Positions 28,401 through 42,401 of a stretch of DNA of 64,000 nt are shown here, piece after piece (the stretch's first letter is position 1; each line of letters begins with the position of its first letter). The stretch comes from Lama glama. Lineage: Eukaryota. Location of the stretch: positions 21,330,001 through 21,394,000 of the forward strand of contig CM052817.1 of NCBI GenBank assembly GCA_028534125.1, given 5' to 3'. Below the pieces are notes generated by a model, which was not told where the DNA came from, did no database searches, and saw only the letters and a list, made by a program, of their open reading frames with translations. Both the position numbers and the translations under genes were made by a program.

Positions 28401-30438
28401 TTACTCAATATAGTATTAAAAAAATCTGAATAGCACATTAAAGAATCATACATCATGATTAAGGAGGTTTTATCACTAGGATGCAAAGATTCAATATGCC
28501 CAAATTAATAACTATAATACACCACATTAATGAAATGAACCATAAAAATCATTTGACAAAATACATTGTTTTACAATAAAAAAAACCGTTAACAAATTGC
28601 ATGTAAAAGGAACAAACCTGAATGTAATAAAGACCATATATAACAAACCCATAGCAAACACCAAACTCAATAGTGAAAGTTTGAACATTTTTCCTCTAAG
28701 ATCACAAATAACTCAAGGGTGCCCAGTCTCACCAATCTTATGCAAAACAGTGCTGGAAGTCCTAATCAGATCAGGCCAGACAATGAAAGAAAAGGCATTT
28801 AAATCAGAAAGGAAGAAGTAAACTTGTCCCTGTTTGCAGATGGTATAATATTATATGTAGAAAATCCTGAAGATGCCATCAAAAAAACTGTTAAAAGTAA
28901 TCAACAAATTCAAAAAGTTGCAGGATACAAAATCAACACTAAGAAGTCAGCTGTATTTCTATACACTAACAACAAAATATCTGAAAAAAAGAAAGAAATA
29001 AAATAATCCTATTTACAGTAACATCAGAAACAATAAAATACTTAGGAGTGATTTTGACCAAGGAGGTGAAAGATCTTGTACCTGAGAGTACAAGACATTG
29101 ATGGAAGAAACTGAAGACACTACAAACAAATTAAAAGATATTCATGTTCATGGGCTGAAAGAATTAATACTGTTAAAATTTTCACGACATTCAAAGCCAT
29201 CTATAGACTCAGTGCAATTTCTATCAAAATTCTAATGCCACTTTTCAGAATAAGAGATTAAACAATCCTAAAATTTGTATGAAACCAAAAAAGACCCTGA
29301 ATAGCCAAAGCAATCCTGAGAAAGAAAAGAAAAGAAAAAAGAGCCCAAGGCATCACACTTCAAGCTATACTATAAAGATATATTAATCAAAACAGTGCAG
29401 AAGTGGCATAAAAACAGACACATAAAATAATGCAACAGAATAGAGGGCCCAGAAAGAAACCCTACATATATGGTCACCTAATGTTTGATATGGGAACTGA
29501 GAATACTCAATGGGGAAAGGATAGTCTCTTCAATAAATCGTGTTGGGAAAACTGGATAACGATGTGCAGAAAAATAAAGTCGAATCCTTATCTTACAACA
29601 CTCAGAAAAATTAACTTAAAATGGATTAAAGAGTAAAATATAAGAACTGAAATTGAAAAACTTCCTAGAAGAAAAAAATAAGAAATAAATTCCTTGATAT
29701 TGGTTTTGGTAAGATTTTTTTAATATGGCACCAAAAGCGCAAGCAATAAAAGCAAAAATCAGTAAGCGGGACTACGTCAAACTAAAAAGCTTCTTCACAG
29801 AAGAAGAAATCATCAACAAAATGAAAAGGCAACTCACAAAATAGAAGATGTTTGCAAACCATATATCTGATATGGGATTAACATGTAGTATGTATAAAGA
29901 ACTTATAGAACTCATTAATAGAAGAAATAATCTGATTTTTTTAAATGGGCAGAAGAGCTGAATAAACATTTTCCCAAAGAAGACATACAGATGCCTAACA
30001 GGTACATGAAAAGGTTTTCAACATCAGTAATCATCAGTGAAATACAAATAAAAACCACAATGTGATATCACCTCATACATGTTAGAATGGCTTTCAACAA
30101 AAACACAAGACATAAGTGTTGTCAAGGATTTGAAGGAAAGAGAACTCTTATGCACTGTTGATATAAATGTAAATTGATACAATCACTATGGAAAACAATA
30201 TAAAGATATATCAATAAATTAAAAACAAAACTACCATATGATCAATCAATTCCACTTCTGGAATTGATATGGAATCGGATCTATACATCCAAAGGAAATG
30301 AAAACAGAATACTGAAGAGATGTATGCACTCCTGTGTTGCTGCAATATTAGTCATAGTAGCCGAGATATGGAAACCACATAGGTATCTGTCAACTAATGA
30401 ATGGATAAAGAAGATGTCACATGTGTATTTGTCTCAAA

Positions 30439-30444
30439 CACACA

Positions 30445-30481
<37 letters not shown>
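30439..30481 (+). repeat. (CA)n microsatellite inside L1
   Basis: Direct observation. Confidence 0.95.
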
Positions 30482-30483
<2 letters not shown>

Positions 30484-30781
30484 AAGAATATTACTCAGCA
30501 TGAAAAAGAAGGAAATCCTGCCACTTGTGACAATATGGATGGACCTTGAAGGTATTGTGGTAAATAAAATAAGTCAGACAGAGAAAGATAAACACTGCAT
30601 GGTATCACTTAGTGTAATCTATAAGTTTGAACTCATCAGAACAGAGTTGGGTAGTTGTTGCCAGGGACTAGAGAATGGGGAAAATGGGGAGATGTGGTTA
30701 AATGTACAAACTTCCAGTGAGAGGATGAAAAGTTCTGGGGATCTAATACACAGAATTGTGATTATAGTTAACAACAAAGTA

Positions 30782-30988
30782 TAGCTGACCCTTGAAAAAT
30801 ACAGGTGTTGGGGGTGCCTACTTCGGCACAAAAATTCAAGTATAACTTTACAGTTGGCCTCCGTGGTTCTTCATTGATGAATTCAACCAACTGTAGATCT
30901 TGTAGAACTATAGTGTGTATTTATGGAAAAAAATTCATATATAAGTGGACTCATGTAGTTCAAACCCATGTTGTTCAAAGGTCAACTG
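30782..30988 (-). mobile_element. Tigger2a/MER8-like Tc1-mariner MITE nested in the L1 3'UTR
   Basis: TIRs tagctgacccttgaaaaa ... ttgttcaaaggtcaactg; TA on both sides (30780-30781, 30989-30990); the L1 sequence is continuous across it. Confidence 0.85.
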
Positions 30989-31350
30989 TATTACATATAT
31001 TCAAAAGTTTCTAAGAGGGTAGATCTTAAGTGTACTCACCATAGAAAAGAAACGGTAATTAAGTGACAGGATGAAGATGTTAACTAATGTCAAGGTGGTA
31101 ATCGCTTTGCATCACACATGAGTATCATACTGACATGATGCACCTCTTAAACTTACACAAAGTTATATGTCAATTATAGCTCAATAAAGCAGAAAAAAAT
31201 AAGTGCCAGGTAAAATAGGTAAGGCATTCAACACAGAAAAATAATATGGTATAATGAGATAAATAACTGACTCTAGATAAAGGGGAGCTTTCATCACTGA
31301 TTGCTATTTTGAGTCATTTGAGAAATTTTTCTCAAAAATACTGGCTTTCC

Positions 31351-31616
31351 AACAGATATAGAAAACAAACTTATGGTTACCAAAGGGAAATTGGGGAGAG
31401 ATAAATTAAGAGTTTGGAATTAACAGATGCACAGTACTATGTATGAAGTAGATAAACAACAAGGTCCTAATGCACTTGACAGGGAACTACATTCAATATC
31501 TCATAATGGCCTATAATGAAAAAGAATATATATAACTGAATCATTATGCTGTACACCAGAAAGTAACATAAGACTGTAAATCAACTAAACAATAAAAAAT
31601 AATTTGTCAAAAAAAA
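31351..31616 (+). mobile_element. Short cetartiodactyl-type L1 3' end
   Basis: acagatatagaaaacaaacttatggttacc...gctgtacaccagaaagtaacat, then poly(A). Degenerate TSD aaaatactggctttccaa / aaaatttattgactttccaa. Confidence 0.85.
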
Positions 31617-33059
31617 TTTATTGACTTTCCAATTATATCATAATCGCTAAAGATTTATCATGACAACAATTTGACTCATTTTGAGAAACACTGCCCCTAG
31701 AGCAACATACTCCTAATCAAATCTTAAATAGGGAAAAAGCATACTTTTCCAGTGGAACATATGAAAAATGCAGAGTTCAAATCTGCTAATTATAGGATTT
31801 TTTTAATATTTCTGTGAAAATAATTACATTTTTCTTTAATTTTTAAATTTTTCTAAAGCATTCTAATTCATTTAATGGGTAATTATTTTATTCTGTTGAT
31901 CTGTACCACTAAAAAAACTATTTCAACATCTGCTAGTCTTTAGTTATTTGTTTCTGCTAGAGGGCCAGTGTGTGTGTGTGTGCATGTGTGTGTGTGTTCT
32001 AATGGTTTGTATCTTTTGATGTATAATATTTATGAAATTGACTTCACATATCAACAAAAAGTCTGGCTAATGGCACCTACTTTTGTGTTAGTGTTTTATA
32101 TGTTACACAACTTACACAAAATATCTTTTATTTAAGCTAAATAAATAAACATAACCAGATAAAATTCTGCAAGCAAAATTTTAAAAGCTTAGAGTATCCC
32201 TTGAACAAACAGTGGGAAATGTTTGCAGGTTTGTACTTAACAGTTTATATTGTTTAGTTTAGATACAACACAATGTAACTAAACCAAAACAAAACTGCAT
32301 ACAAAGTCCGTGTGCTCTAAAATTCTGTGATTTTTACACATTTTATGGGTCTATTTTGACATTGGTACATATAGCGAAATCTTAATCCATTTCTTTGAGA
32401 AGCAGCAAAAGTAAGGCCAACTCAATTGACCATGTATTATAAGTAGAATTTGAGTGTAGGTTTAGGAAATGGTGTCAAGACTGCACTTCAAATTGATTTT
32501 AATTCCAATCTGGGGGTGGTGTAGGGTAGGTGTCTTCAGACTGTATTTAAGTGGAGACTCTGATGAATTTTGAAGAACAGAATGGCAGAATGAAATCTAT
32601 ATTTTAGCAAGATTAATTTGGCAGTGCTACATTAAATGGATTGACAGAAATAACAATTTAAGGACAAAACACCAGCTAGGAAGCTATTACTGTGGTTTGA
32701 CTTAAATATGTTGGCAAAAAGTTAAACAGCAATAGAAATATTACAACAAAGAAATACATGAGATTTCAAAATAACCTCAGGAATAAAACAGGGACAACAA
32801 AAATTACCCAAGTTCTAATTCCATGTAGTCCAAAGAAAGTTCATGAATATTAATGAAAAAGAGGAACAGGAAAAATATAAAGCACCTGAATATGTAATAG
32901 AAGCCACTGAAGATGTATAGCAGTCCTAGAATAAGCATGGAACCTAGATATAAAAATTATGTAAATAATTCCAAATTCTTTCTTAGGAACAGTAGTTGTA
33001 GTTCAATGGAAGTTTTCCTAGAATAACAATGATTGCCATGTGTTAGTTGTTATAAAGGA

Positions 33060-33230
33060 CCTTTCGTGGTTAGGCTAAAAAAACCATCTCCCCTGCTAGA
33101 CAAATTGCCGGGTTCAGTTTGCTGCCTTTGTATCCAAGGACTTCTTGCACCATCAGTGTACTCTTAATAGCCCCTTTCTGGTTCTCTTGTTGATCTGTGA
33201 TGATGCTCAGGAGAATCAAGAAATACTAAG
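33060..33230 (-). pseudogene. Possible decayed cadherin exon
   Basis: QINKRT... / TLMVQ-KSLD resembles F.IN...G.L.V.KSLDxE. Confidence 0.35.
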
Positions 33231-33859
33231 ACTTTTTTCTATAAACTATATTTTGCTTGGGTCTGAAAAGACCCTTATGAAAATAAGAAAGGGCAGGATA
33301 AATTCTACCTTTTTTCCCTGATAGTAACCTGATGTTACAATGATATGCTTTCTATTGTGATTATTTTCTAGAAGTGTTTTGTTAATCTGCCCCTTATACT
33401 AAACTATGACATTATTAAACCAATGGACAAGAGAGATCTAAAATACAAATGCAAATTATTCACTAGTTATTTTGGTTCAACAGTGTTAAAAATGACTATG
33501 TTCTATTTGAAACTTACATTTAATTATTCACAGAATCATAGCTAAATTTTAAGTAAATTAAAAATTGTAAAATCCAGACCTCCTGCATTCAGGGATTTCA
33601 AATATGGTCATTCCATTTTCAAATGAGTTTACTGACACACAGAAAAGTTAAACCATTTACTTACAATTACATAGCCAGATTTTAGCGAACCAGATCCCAA
33701 TAATTCAGTCTCTTCTTTCATTGTTTCTTCCCTTATTCCCATTTCCCTTCAATAGTTATTGCAATATTAATGTAGACAGGAAATACTATGTTTGGGATTT
33801 ATAATATTAAGGAAGAATGATCAACATAAGGGATATAAACTGAATAATAATGAAAAATT

Positions 33860-34292
33860 AGTCTCGTGTCCTTGGCAAGAAGCACCAACAGCACACTATA
33901 ATTAATTGCAGCTGCTTTCACATAGCAATTGTGCAGTTTCCTTTTCTTTCCAGGAGTTGCTGAATCAGGCTATACAGCAAAGTTGATGTATACCTTCCGT
34001 GGAAATGAGATGTTTTAGATGCACTGTTCTCGGATGCCAGGATGGATGACAGTGTGAGATGTAATCCTTTCCTGTTTAATGCAACCCAAACCAATCTACA
34101 TTCCAGAAGTCATTTGATTTCTTCCCTCTACAGTGCTATCAGATAGCAACTAGCTCTCTGGGGATCCCATTGATGCTGAGATTGCACAAGCTAGTGATTA
34201 CACTGCTGAATCAGTCTGTAATCAATCTTGCATCCTACTGATCTTCTTTGGAGTTTTTCTTTTGATCACCAAGTAATGGGAAACACAGCATG
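33860..34292 (-). pseudogene. Decayed cadherin exon (clearest example)
   Basis: Acceptor tattctttAG (34293-34294). Stitched: GCKIDYRLIQ / NLSINGIPRELVAI / ALNR-RITSHTV-SILASENSAS / LIST-KVYINF / AAINYSVLLVLLAKDTR. This matches I.Y.L, FSIN..TGEL, LDRE..H.L.V.ASD.G, LxSTAxVxI and V..V.A.D.D in the correct order. Confidence 0.75.
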
Positions 34293-34634
34293 CTAAAGAA
34301 TAATATAGTTTCATCTAATTGTAGCTCCATTGAAAAGGCCTCTGGGTACTCGTGTATTCACCTTTCAATAAAAGTGTTTATAATGTAGTCAGTTTCTAAA
34401 GTCAAAAGAGATAATTACTACAGAGTTTGCTTGATTTATCTTTAGTATAAAAGTATCATTTAAAATTTTCTGAGTTCTCTAAATAAATATACTTTTCTAA
34501 GATAAAAAAAATGTGCTTTTCTTCTCTTCTGTTTTTCTATTTATGGTCACTCCAGAATTTGGAGCGAAGGGAACACTGGTGCACTGTTAGTGGGAATGTA
34601 AATTGGTACAGCCTTTATGGAAAACAGTACAGCT

Positions 34635-35003
34635 TTATTAAGATATAATGTACATGCCATGAGACTTATCCTTTTAAACTGTGTATTCACTGGCTTTTTA
34701 AGTCATATTAACAGAGTTACGGAATCATTACTACTAATTTTAGAATATTTTCATCCCCAAATAAAACACACCCACTAGCAGTCACTCTCCATTTTCCTTT
34801 CCCCCATCTTCTAGCAACCACTACTGTCTATGTCTATGTCTATGTCTATGTCTATTTATCAATTCAAGACACTTATACAAATGGAATCATATAATACATG
34901 ATTACTTTTACTACTTTCTTCCACTTAGCATAATGTTTTCAAGGTTTATCCATATTGCAGTATGTTTCAGTACTTTATTTTAGTGACCAAATAGTATTCC
35001 ATG

Positions 35004-35034
<31 letters not shown>

Positions 35035-37660
35035 TATACCAAATCTATTAGTCAGTTTTGGTACTTTGTATCTTCTAGGAATTTATCTATTTCATTTAGC
35101 TTATATAATTTGTAGGCAGAGTTTCTTATAGCATTTTTTATAATCCTTTTTTATTTTTTTTAAGTTTGGTAGTGATGCCCACTCTTTCATTTTTTACTTT
35201 TGTAATAGAAGTATTCTGTTTTTCCCCTTGGTCGGTGTAATTAAACATTTGTCAGTAAGATTTCAGTATTCCAAATAACCAAATTTTTCATTAATATATC
35301 TATTATTATATTATGCCATATATTTTTTTCACTTCCCCTATATTTTTTTTTAGTTACTCCCTTCGGCTGTCTTTGTGTTCAGTTTGGTCTTGTTTTTCTA
35401 GTTTAAGATATAAAGTTTAAAGTTATTGATTTAAGACCTTTTTTTTGCCATTGTTTTAGACATTTAAGAGCTATCAATTTTCCTCTAAGTAATGCTTTAT
35501 CTGCATTCTATAAGTTTTGGTATGTTGTTTTTGTTTTCCTTCTTAAATTCTTTAAAAATTTTTGAGAATTTTATAATTTCCTTTGTAATATCTTCTATGA
35601 CCCATTGGTTACTTAAGAATGTGTTAATTTCCACATAGCTATGAATATCCCAAATTTCCATCTGATGTTGATTTGCAATTTTATTCCATTGTTTACAGAG
35701 AACATTCTTCACATAGTTTCAAATTTATTGAGTCTTTTGTTATGGCCAAATATACGTTCTACCATGAAGAAGTCCCATGTACACTTCAGAAGTATACGTA
35801 TTTTACTGTTGTTGGATACAGTGGCCAATAGATGTCTTTTAGATTTACTGTTTAGTTGTGTTATTCAAGTCTTCTATTTCCTTTCTGAGTTTCTGTCTAC
35901 TTGTTTTATCCATTATGATAACAGAGAATTGAAACCTCTGATCATTGTCTTTTCTGTTTTAGTCATTTTACGGTATGTATTATGGGACTCTTGTTAGATG
36001 CATATATATTTACAATTGTCATGTCTCCCTGACCATTTGTCAATGTCACTATTGTAAAATGTTCTTTACCGCTAGTAAAATTTTTTCTTACCCTCCATTC
36101 TGTTTGATATTAGTATAGCCATTCCAGTTCTTTTCTAGTTAGTATCAACATGGTATATTTTTTACATCCTTTTGCCTCCAACTTATTTGATTATTTTAAT
36201 CTAAAGTATGTCTCATCCACAGTATATGGTCGAATTCTATCTTTCTAATACATTCTGCCAATCTCTAATTTATGAAGTTGTGTTTAAGCCATATAAACTT
36301 AACATAATTAATGTGATAAGGTAAGACTGATAGCTGACATTTTGCTGTCTATTTTTTCCTCAGAGAATAGCACCTTAACTTAAAATAATCTAGTTTGCAT
36401 TAATGCCAAGGTAATTTTAATTATACAAAATAATTTACTTCAATATAACTTTATTCCTTCCTCCTTTATGCTATTATTGTCATACAAATTATATCTTTAT
36501 ACATTAAAAGCACATTGTTTTATAATTATTAATTTATGCCACTGCTGTTTACAATGACATGAAAATTTTATAAAGTTACAGACAAAAGTACATTTTACTG
36601 TATTTTATATTAACCTATGTAGTTATCTTTATTTCTTCATGTAAATTCAAGGTACCATCTCCTATCCTTTCATTTCAGCCTAAAGGATCATCCTGAATAC
36701 AGTAATTTGGTAGGGCAGGTTCTAGCAATGAATTTTCTCAAGTTTTAATTTTCTTAGAGTATTTTAATGTTTCTCTTTCATTTTTGAAGAATAATACCAT
36801 TGAATACAGAATTTTTGATTGACAGTCTTTCATTTCAGCACTTTTTATATTTTATCCACTGCCTTTGGACTCCATGGTTTCTGATCAGAAGTCAGCTGTT
36901 AATCTAATTGAAGATTCCTTGTACGTGATGAGATATTTTTCTCTTGCTAGTTTCAAGAGTCTCTTATTCTTTGTTTTTTGACATTATTACTATGATATGC
37001 CTAGGTGGAGAAGTATTTGAGTTTATCCTACTTGGGATTTTTTTGTGCTTCTTGGATGTGTAGATTAATGATTCTCATCAAATTTGGGAAATTTTATCCA
37101 ATAATTCACTTTTAAAATTTTTGGCCAGCCTCTTCTTTGTGCCGGTTGGTGTTGCTTTCTCAGCTACCATAATGTTAAACAATTGCTGCTGGTTATTTTC
37201 AACAAATGCCTTGGGAGTCAGCTTAGTGAGACAAGACCTAACTCAAACCAAATTAAAATCACCCCTATGAATGATACTTTTTCAAGGATCTGCCAGACAA
37301 GTAAAGCAGTGACAATCTTCTGGGAACAAGGCTTTGGGGGAAGCTCCAAAATTGTTCTACCCTTCCATGCTGTGCTGCTGTTTTCTTAGCTATTGTGGCT
37401 TCGAGGCTGGTGATTTTCATGGCTACCACAGAACCAACTATAGAGGGATGGGAGCAGGAAAGTTAAAACACCACTAAATCATTGTTCTTTTTAAGATTTG
37501 ATCATCCTTATTTAATAAATCCTGAAAGGATTATTGTAAGCCTACAGTTAATTTCCAGAATTCTCAAAAAGGGTTTTTTGATGATTTTTTGCCATTGTCT
37601 TCATTGCTCTTATGATTGAGCAGATTTTCAAAGGTCTTTATTCTGATATTTCAGATATGC
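34635..37660 (-). mobile_element. Old L1 fragments (3'UTR, ORF2/ORF1 and 5' region)
   Basis: aatggaatcatataat..ttccacttagcataatgttttcaagg; T-rich ORF2 antisense (ORF 35497 LSNQWVIEDITKEI). Includes a (TGTCTA)5 repeat at 34825-34854 and (TA)n(CA)n at ~35005-35035. Confidence 0.8.
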
Positions 37661-37829
37661 TTCTATCCCACTCCATTGACAATTTATGTAAACTTAAAGT
37701 TTCCACATAGAATTCTGAAACTCAATTTATATAAAATAAGAATCATAGCATTTGTCTTACCTTTCTCACAGGATTATGAGCATAAAACAAATACTTGACA
37801 TTTGTCTATGCCATAATAAAACAAAAATA

Positions 37830-38050
37830 ATAACAATATTATACACCATGTATTAGGTGCTAAGCTGGGCACTTCATATTTACTATTGTTTACCTCCAAA
37901 AAACAGGCAAAATAGGTATTTCCCCCATTTTAGATATGGGAAAATTTAGACTAAAAGTGATGTGAGTTATTTGCTCAAAGCCATGCATCTAGTAAGAACA
38001 AAAACAGGAACACAAACTCGTGACTATCTGCTTTTGAGGACAAGCTACTC
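37830..38050. mobile_element. MIR SINE
   Basis: ccccattttagatatgggaaaatttagact...ttgctcaaagccatgcatctagtaag core. Similar MIR remnants at ~11030-11120, 24540-24720, 25690-25890, 40070-40270 and 62490-62640. Confidence 0.7.
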
Positions 38051-40789
38051 TATACAGCACAATGCTAAAGAAAACTGAGGAACAGACAAAGGAAGATGGT
38101 GATGGTGATCTTTTATCCCTCCTTTGTACTATAAAAATTATATTAAGACTTAATCATTACATCTCAGTAGAGATAATTCTGTATAGTTCAATCTTTATCT
38201 AAATTGAACTCTATAAAGATCTGATATCATTTGCTAACTAAAGGTAAGGTACTGTAATCTTAAAAAGTATTCACTAGTGACAAGCTGGTGACAGCTTAAT
38301 TTAGAGCATTATTATAAATTGCATAACGTATAATTCCTACAATTATACATAACAATCATATTGTTCAGTGGAGACTTTTCAGAATAATAGTATATTTGCC
38401 TTTAACAAAAATGGTTAAATTCTTACAATCTTTGTGCCACAGTTATATAGTTTATCTTGCTAAGCAGCAGTGAATTTTGATAGAAATATGGATAGGTTAT
38501 AGACAAGCAAGTAGCGCAAACTTATTGATACTTCTGCTCAATTCCTTGTGATTTTATTCATAGCCTTATAATCATTGAAATGCCCTGCTACTTTTAAAGA
38601 TCTTTGTTTTATTACCTTTATCTTGGTTTCTGTGTTACTTGTATCGATTTACCGTTAGTTAATTATGCAAGCAAATAGTTATTAAGTATCTATTTTATGC
38701 CAGAGAAATTCTGGAGAAGTACAAAATACTTTTTTACCTCATGACAAGCCTTAGTACTTTAAAACTGAATAACTGAATATATGTATACATGTTCAATCAT
38801 TTATACCCCAAATCAGATTATTTTTAAGTTAAAAACTTTATTCTTCCAGCTTTGCCATATAAAACACTGTCTTCAGCCAGCTCATGGTACTCAGGTTTGT
38901 TTTTGTTTTTTTTTTTAATTTCTGCTTATCAAAGTCTCTCTTAAAAATTGGTATGTATCACATGTTAATTTGCAGAGATTGTCACTAAGTCAGGACAATT
39001 AATTCTTTTTCAGACACCTTGATTTTTGTTTGTTTTGTTTTGCATATATTTGAGTAGAGAAGATTTTACCAGAGAATCCTATTTTTAAAATGAGGGTCTG
39101 TGGTCAGTTACCTAGGTTCAATTCAATGTCTGTCACTCACTAGTTCTTTAACCTTGTGGAGGTTACTTTACTGCTTCAGCAATTATTTGGAGAACAGAAC
39201 TCAGAAAGGTAGAGCGGCAGAGAAACCAGGTATGATATTATGGCAAGAGTCCAGGGAGATAAGATGGGTGCCTTAATGAATGCAGTGCTTTATTAAGCAA
39301 ATACCAACAGCCCCATTTTCTGCGAGGGGACAATGACATAAAATTACATAAGTCACAGTCCTTGCATGCATGTAATTCACAGTCTACGGTAGAGGAAAGA
39401 TACATAGAAAAACTACCTATAAGCCAAGTTGTTAATTGCCATAATATGGGTGTAAGTAAAGTCCTAGAGAACACAAAATTGATTCCATTATTCCATATGT
39501 GTCCTGACCAACACAGTCCAATGGCAATATTATTTCCCATTATCTAGGCAATTAACTTCTATTATGCATCCGAAGATTGTATTACCTTTGTTAACTACAC
39601 CTCACTGAAGGATCAAATTAAGCAAGAGGAAAGGAGCTGGTTGATTTGTGTCCTTTACATTTTTACTATTTAAGTCTGCAATGGCATTAGATGATTCTCA
39701 TTGTAATACTTTTGAAGAATTTACTTTTTCAGTAAGCATTTATCATAACTATACGTTAAGTTTTACAATATATGACATATTTTGCGAATCTTAAGGGAGA
39801 AAATGGGTTCTGATAATATTTTGCTTTCAACCCTACCTGCTGTTCTGTGATAAAAATATTGCACCTGTTCTTTCTTAATGGCTTTTTCTAATAGATGGTC
39901 TCATGATCTGCTCTTTGATGTTAGAGTTAATTCAATGCTTAGGTCAAATTTAAGAAAACATCCATGTTAATTCAGTACAGCTGTAAATTCTGAGACCCTC
40001 TGCACTTTAATTATTCTGGTAAAAGTGTGGAAACTTTTTAACGTTAAGATGAAAGGAAAAGAAAACCAAGATTTGAAGTCAAGCAAATATAAATCTGAAT
40101 CTTAGTTCTCATTCATTATAAGACAGTGTGGGTAAGTTACTTTTTAGGGTGTAGGTCTCTTCATGCATAAAATGGGGTAATGCTCCCTCCATAAAGTTAT
40201 TTGAAGATTAAATTATAATAATTAAAAAAAATCTTAGGACAGTTTCTGGCTTTTGATAAATGATCAATAACTACACTATCTGCATTACTACCCTACTCTC
40301 ATATGTTGTACAGAATATTGTTCATCAACTGGCCATTGGTTTTAATACCATAATGCTACTATTATTAGCTTTAAAATTGTATAGTTTTCAGTACTACAAA
40401 ACTTAAATTAAAAAAATATTATATAGAAAAAAAAAGAAGACATTAGCCATACCATAGAACATAATTTTTCCTACTGAAAATTGCAAAAGACTTCCTCATT
40501 TCACAAAAAAAAAATTGGCAAAATTATCTACAGAAAGAACAAATAAATATACTGTAAGTTTAATATAAATTAGTTTTGAAATTCTTAATGCAAAGAGGAA
40601 ACATGGAAGCAATTCTATGGGAAAAGCTATGTAGAGAAGCAAGATAAATTCTTTACCCTTTTGGGGTTTTTAGTTCTTCATCTCTTAATTGGATAATGCC
40701 AGCTTAACTAATGGATCAATTATATTTATCAAGGAAAGATTCTACAAATGTAAGTCATTATAACTGAAATCCAACTAAAGGAAAATGTA

Positions 40790-42401
40790 GGAAAAGAAGG
40801 AAGATTTTCAAAAGTTCTTTATCCCAAAGGGGATAGCTTTGGATAAATACTGTTGCCACTGTTGGCTAGATCAGACAATCAAGCCAATGGCAATGTCTCA
40901 AGTCTAAAACTGTGCAGATGGGGCTGACTGTTGGCCAAGGTATCCAGTGACAGAATGACTGTGGTTGGGCCAAATTTGTTTATCCTTGAGTACTGTCACC
41001 AATCAGTGACATCTTAGCTAAGGGATGAATAGCAGCAACTCTTCAGCAAGCTTCATTACACACAATGGTGGCTCTATTGCCTGTAAAACATAGTAACTCT
41101 TTTTGCTGTTCCTTCATTTGGTCCCAAGAAGCTTTGCAGTAGTTAAGGGGTATAGGACAGTTGTGACCTCCTTCACTACTATGGCATCTAGCAAAGGACT
41201 GAGAAGAGGGAAGCCAGCTCCTCCTGCAGGTGGGATACCTCAGGGGATCTGGGTTTGGCTCTCTTCTCTAGGTACCATTTCTATCTTGGGAAGGAAACCT
41301 TGGTGGCTATGCCAAGCTTGAGGGTACTGCTTCTGTGACCCACGACATAATGGGAAACTATGCAACAAGGGTCATGGGTTCAGAACCTATGAGAGATTTT
41401 ATTTCCAGGAGAGTCCAGTATGCAGCCTGCAGTCAATACAATGGCATACAGCATGGTGCTAAGGAAGGCAGTTTCTTCCAGCAGAAATTCATGAGAAATT
41501 CATCATGGGTGGCTGAGAGATTCCAGGAGGAATGATAATAGGTTGCTAAAGTCTCTACTGTGAAGGAGAATCTGGGGTCACTAGCGGAGTGCCTGTGGTA
41601 TTGCACTGTGGACACATTCTGGAGATTTTTATCTTAGGGGATCTCATCCAATGTGGGCTAATTTGCAAGTAACATCATAACAGGCTCAAATAAAATTCAT
41701 AAACAAGGAATATGTTGCCTTCAGAACCCAAAAACACCTAAAATGTGTTTGTCTTGCTTTAATGTGGTGGCTACTGAGAAAGCCAATAGCTGTGCCTTTA
41801 CAGAGTCAGAGATGCAGTGGCCGTTGGTGGAACAAACAATTTTCACGAATTTAACAGGGGTGATGGGGCCTTTTACCATGTGAACTATGTGGGACAATGA
41901 CCCGTCTCCTTTATATGAACTCTTTTGTGGGTTTCCGCATGTCCTTAATCAGTGTGTCAATGAACCTCCTCCTTGGAAGAGGATGTCATCAATGCAATAG
42001 TATACCTGTGCTCTGGGAGAGTAATTAAGATCTTGCTTGTAAAGATTGTGCCTGATGGCAGGGCTGTTGAGACAACCCAGCAGGGTTAAGGCATATTGTG
42101 CCTCTTAGAAGGTGAAGGCACACTGCAGCTGAGAGGCTTTTAAAATAGGCACTGAACAGGCTGTATCAGGTCAATCTATGACTGCAGATGATTTATCATT
42201 TGCTGACTGGATGAAGGCAATACTTCCAATAATATTGGATGTGAGGACTTTAATGGTTGGGGGCTATAGCATTAAGGTTGTGGTAATCTACTGTGAGGTG
42301 CTATTTTTTCTTTCCAAGTTTAAGAACAAACCAAACGCGACTGCTAAAGAGAGAAGCAGTGTGCATAATTACCTCTTCTCTGAACAGGTCTTGGGTTTGC
42401 A
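40790..42401 (-). pseudogene. pol: Class III (ERVL-type) pol remnant: RT and RNase H
   Basis: Minus-strand motifs SLFSSRVWFVLK, LTVDYHNLN (42271-42297), QCAFTF, GCLNSPA, YCIDDIL (41979-42000), KGPITPVKF, GVFGF*RQHIP (41706-41738), then RNase H-like CFTGNRA and YPLWDKELL. Many stops. Confidence 0.9.

Larger units (their letters stand above)
26630..31200 (+). mobile_element. 5'-truncated L1MA-type element with near-complete but decayed ORF2
   Basis: Endonuclease start MALVSPYLSTLNLNVSELNSLIKR (26802), RT motifs QGCPVSP and LFADGIILY, 3'UTR ending aataaagcagaaaaaaa. Many frameshifts. Confidence 0.95.

Noticed and set aside
26802..30784. ORFs with endonuclease/RT similarity as an active gene
   Set aside because: Fragments of a decayed L1 ORF2 with many stops and frameshifts.
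33936..34018. Plus-strand acceptor tttccttttctttccAG followed by a short frame
   Set aside because: Stops within ~20 codons and overlaps the better-supported minus-strand cadherin relic.
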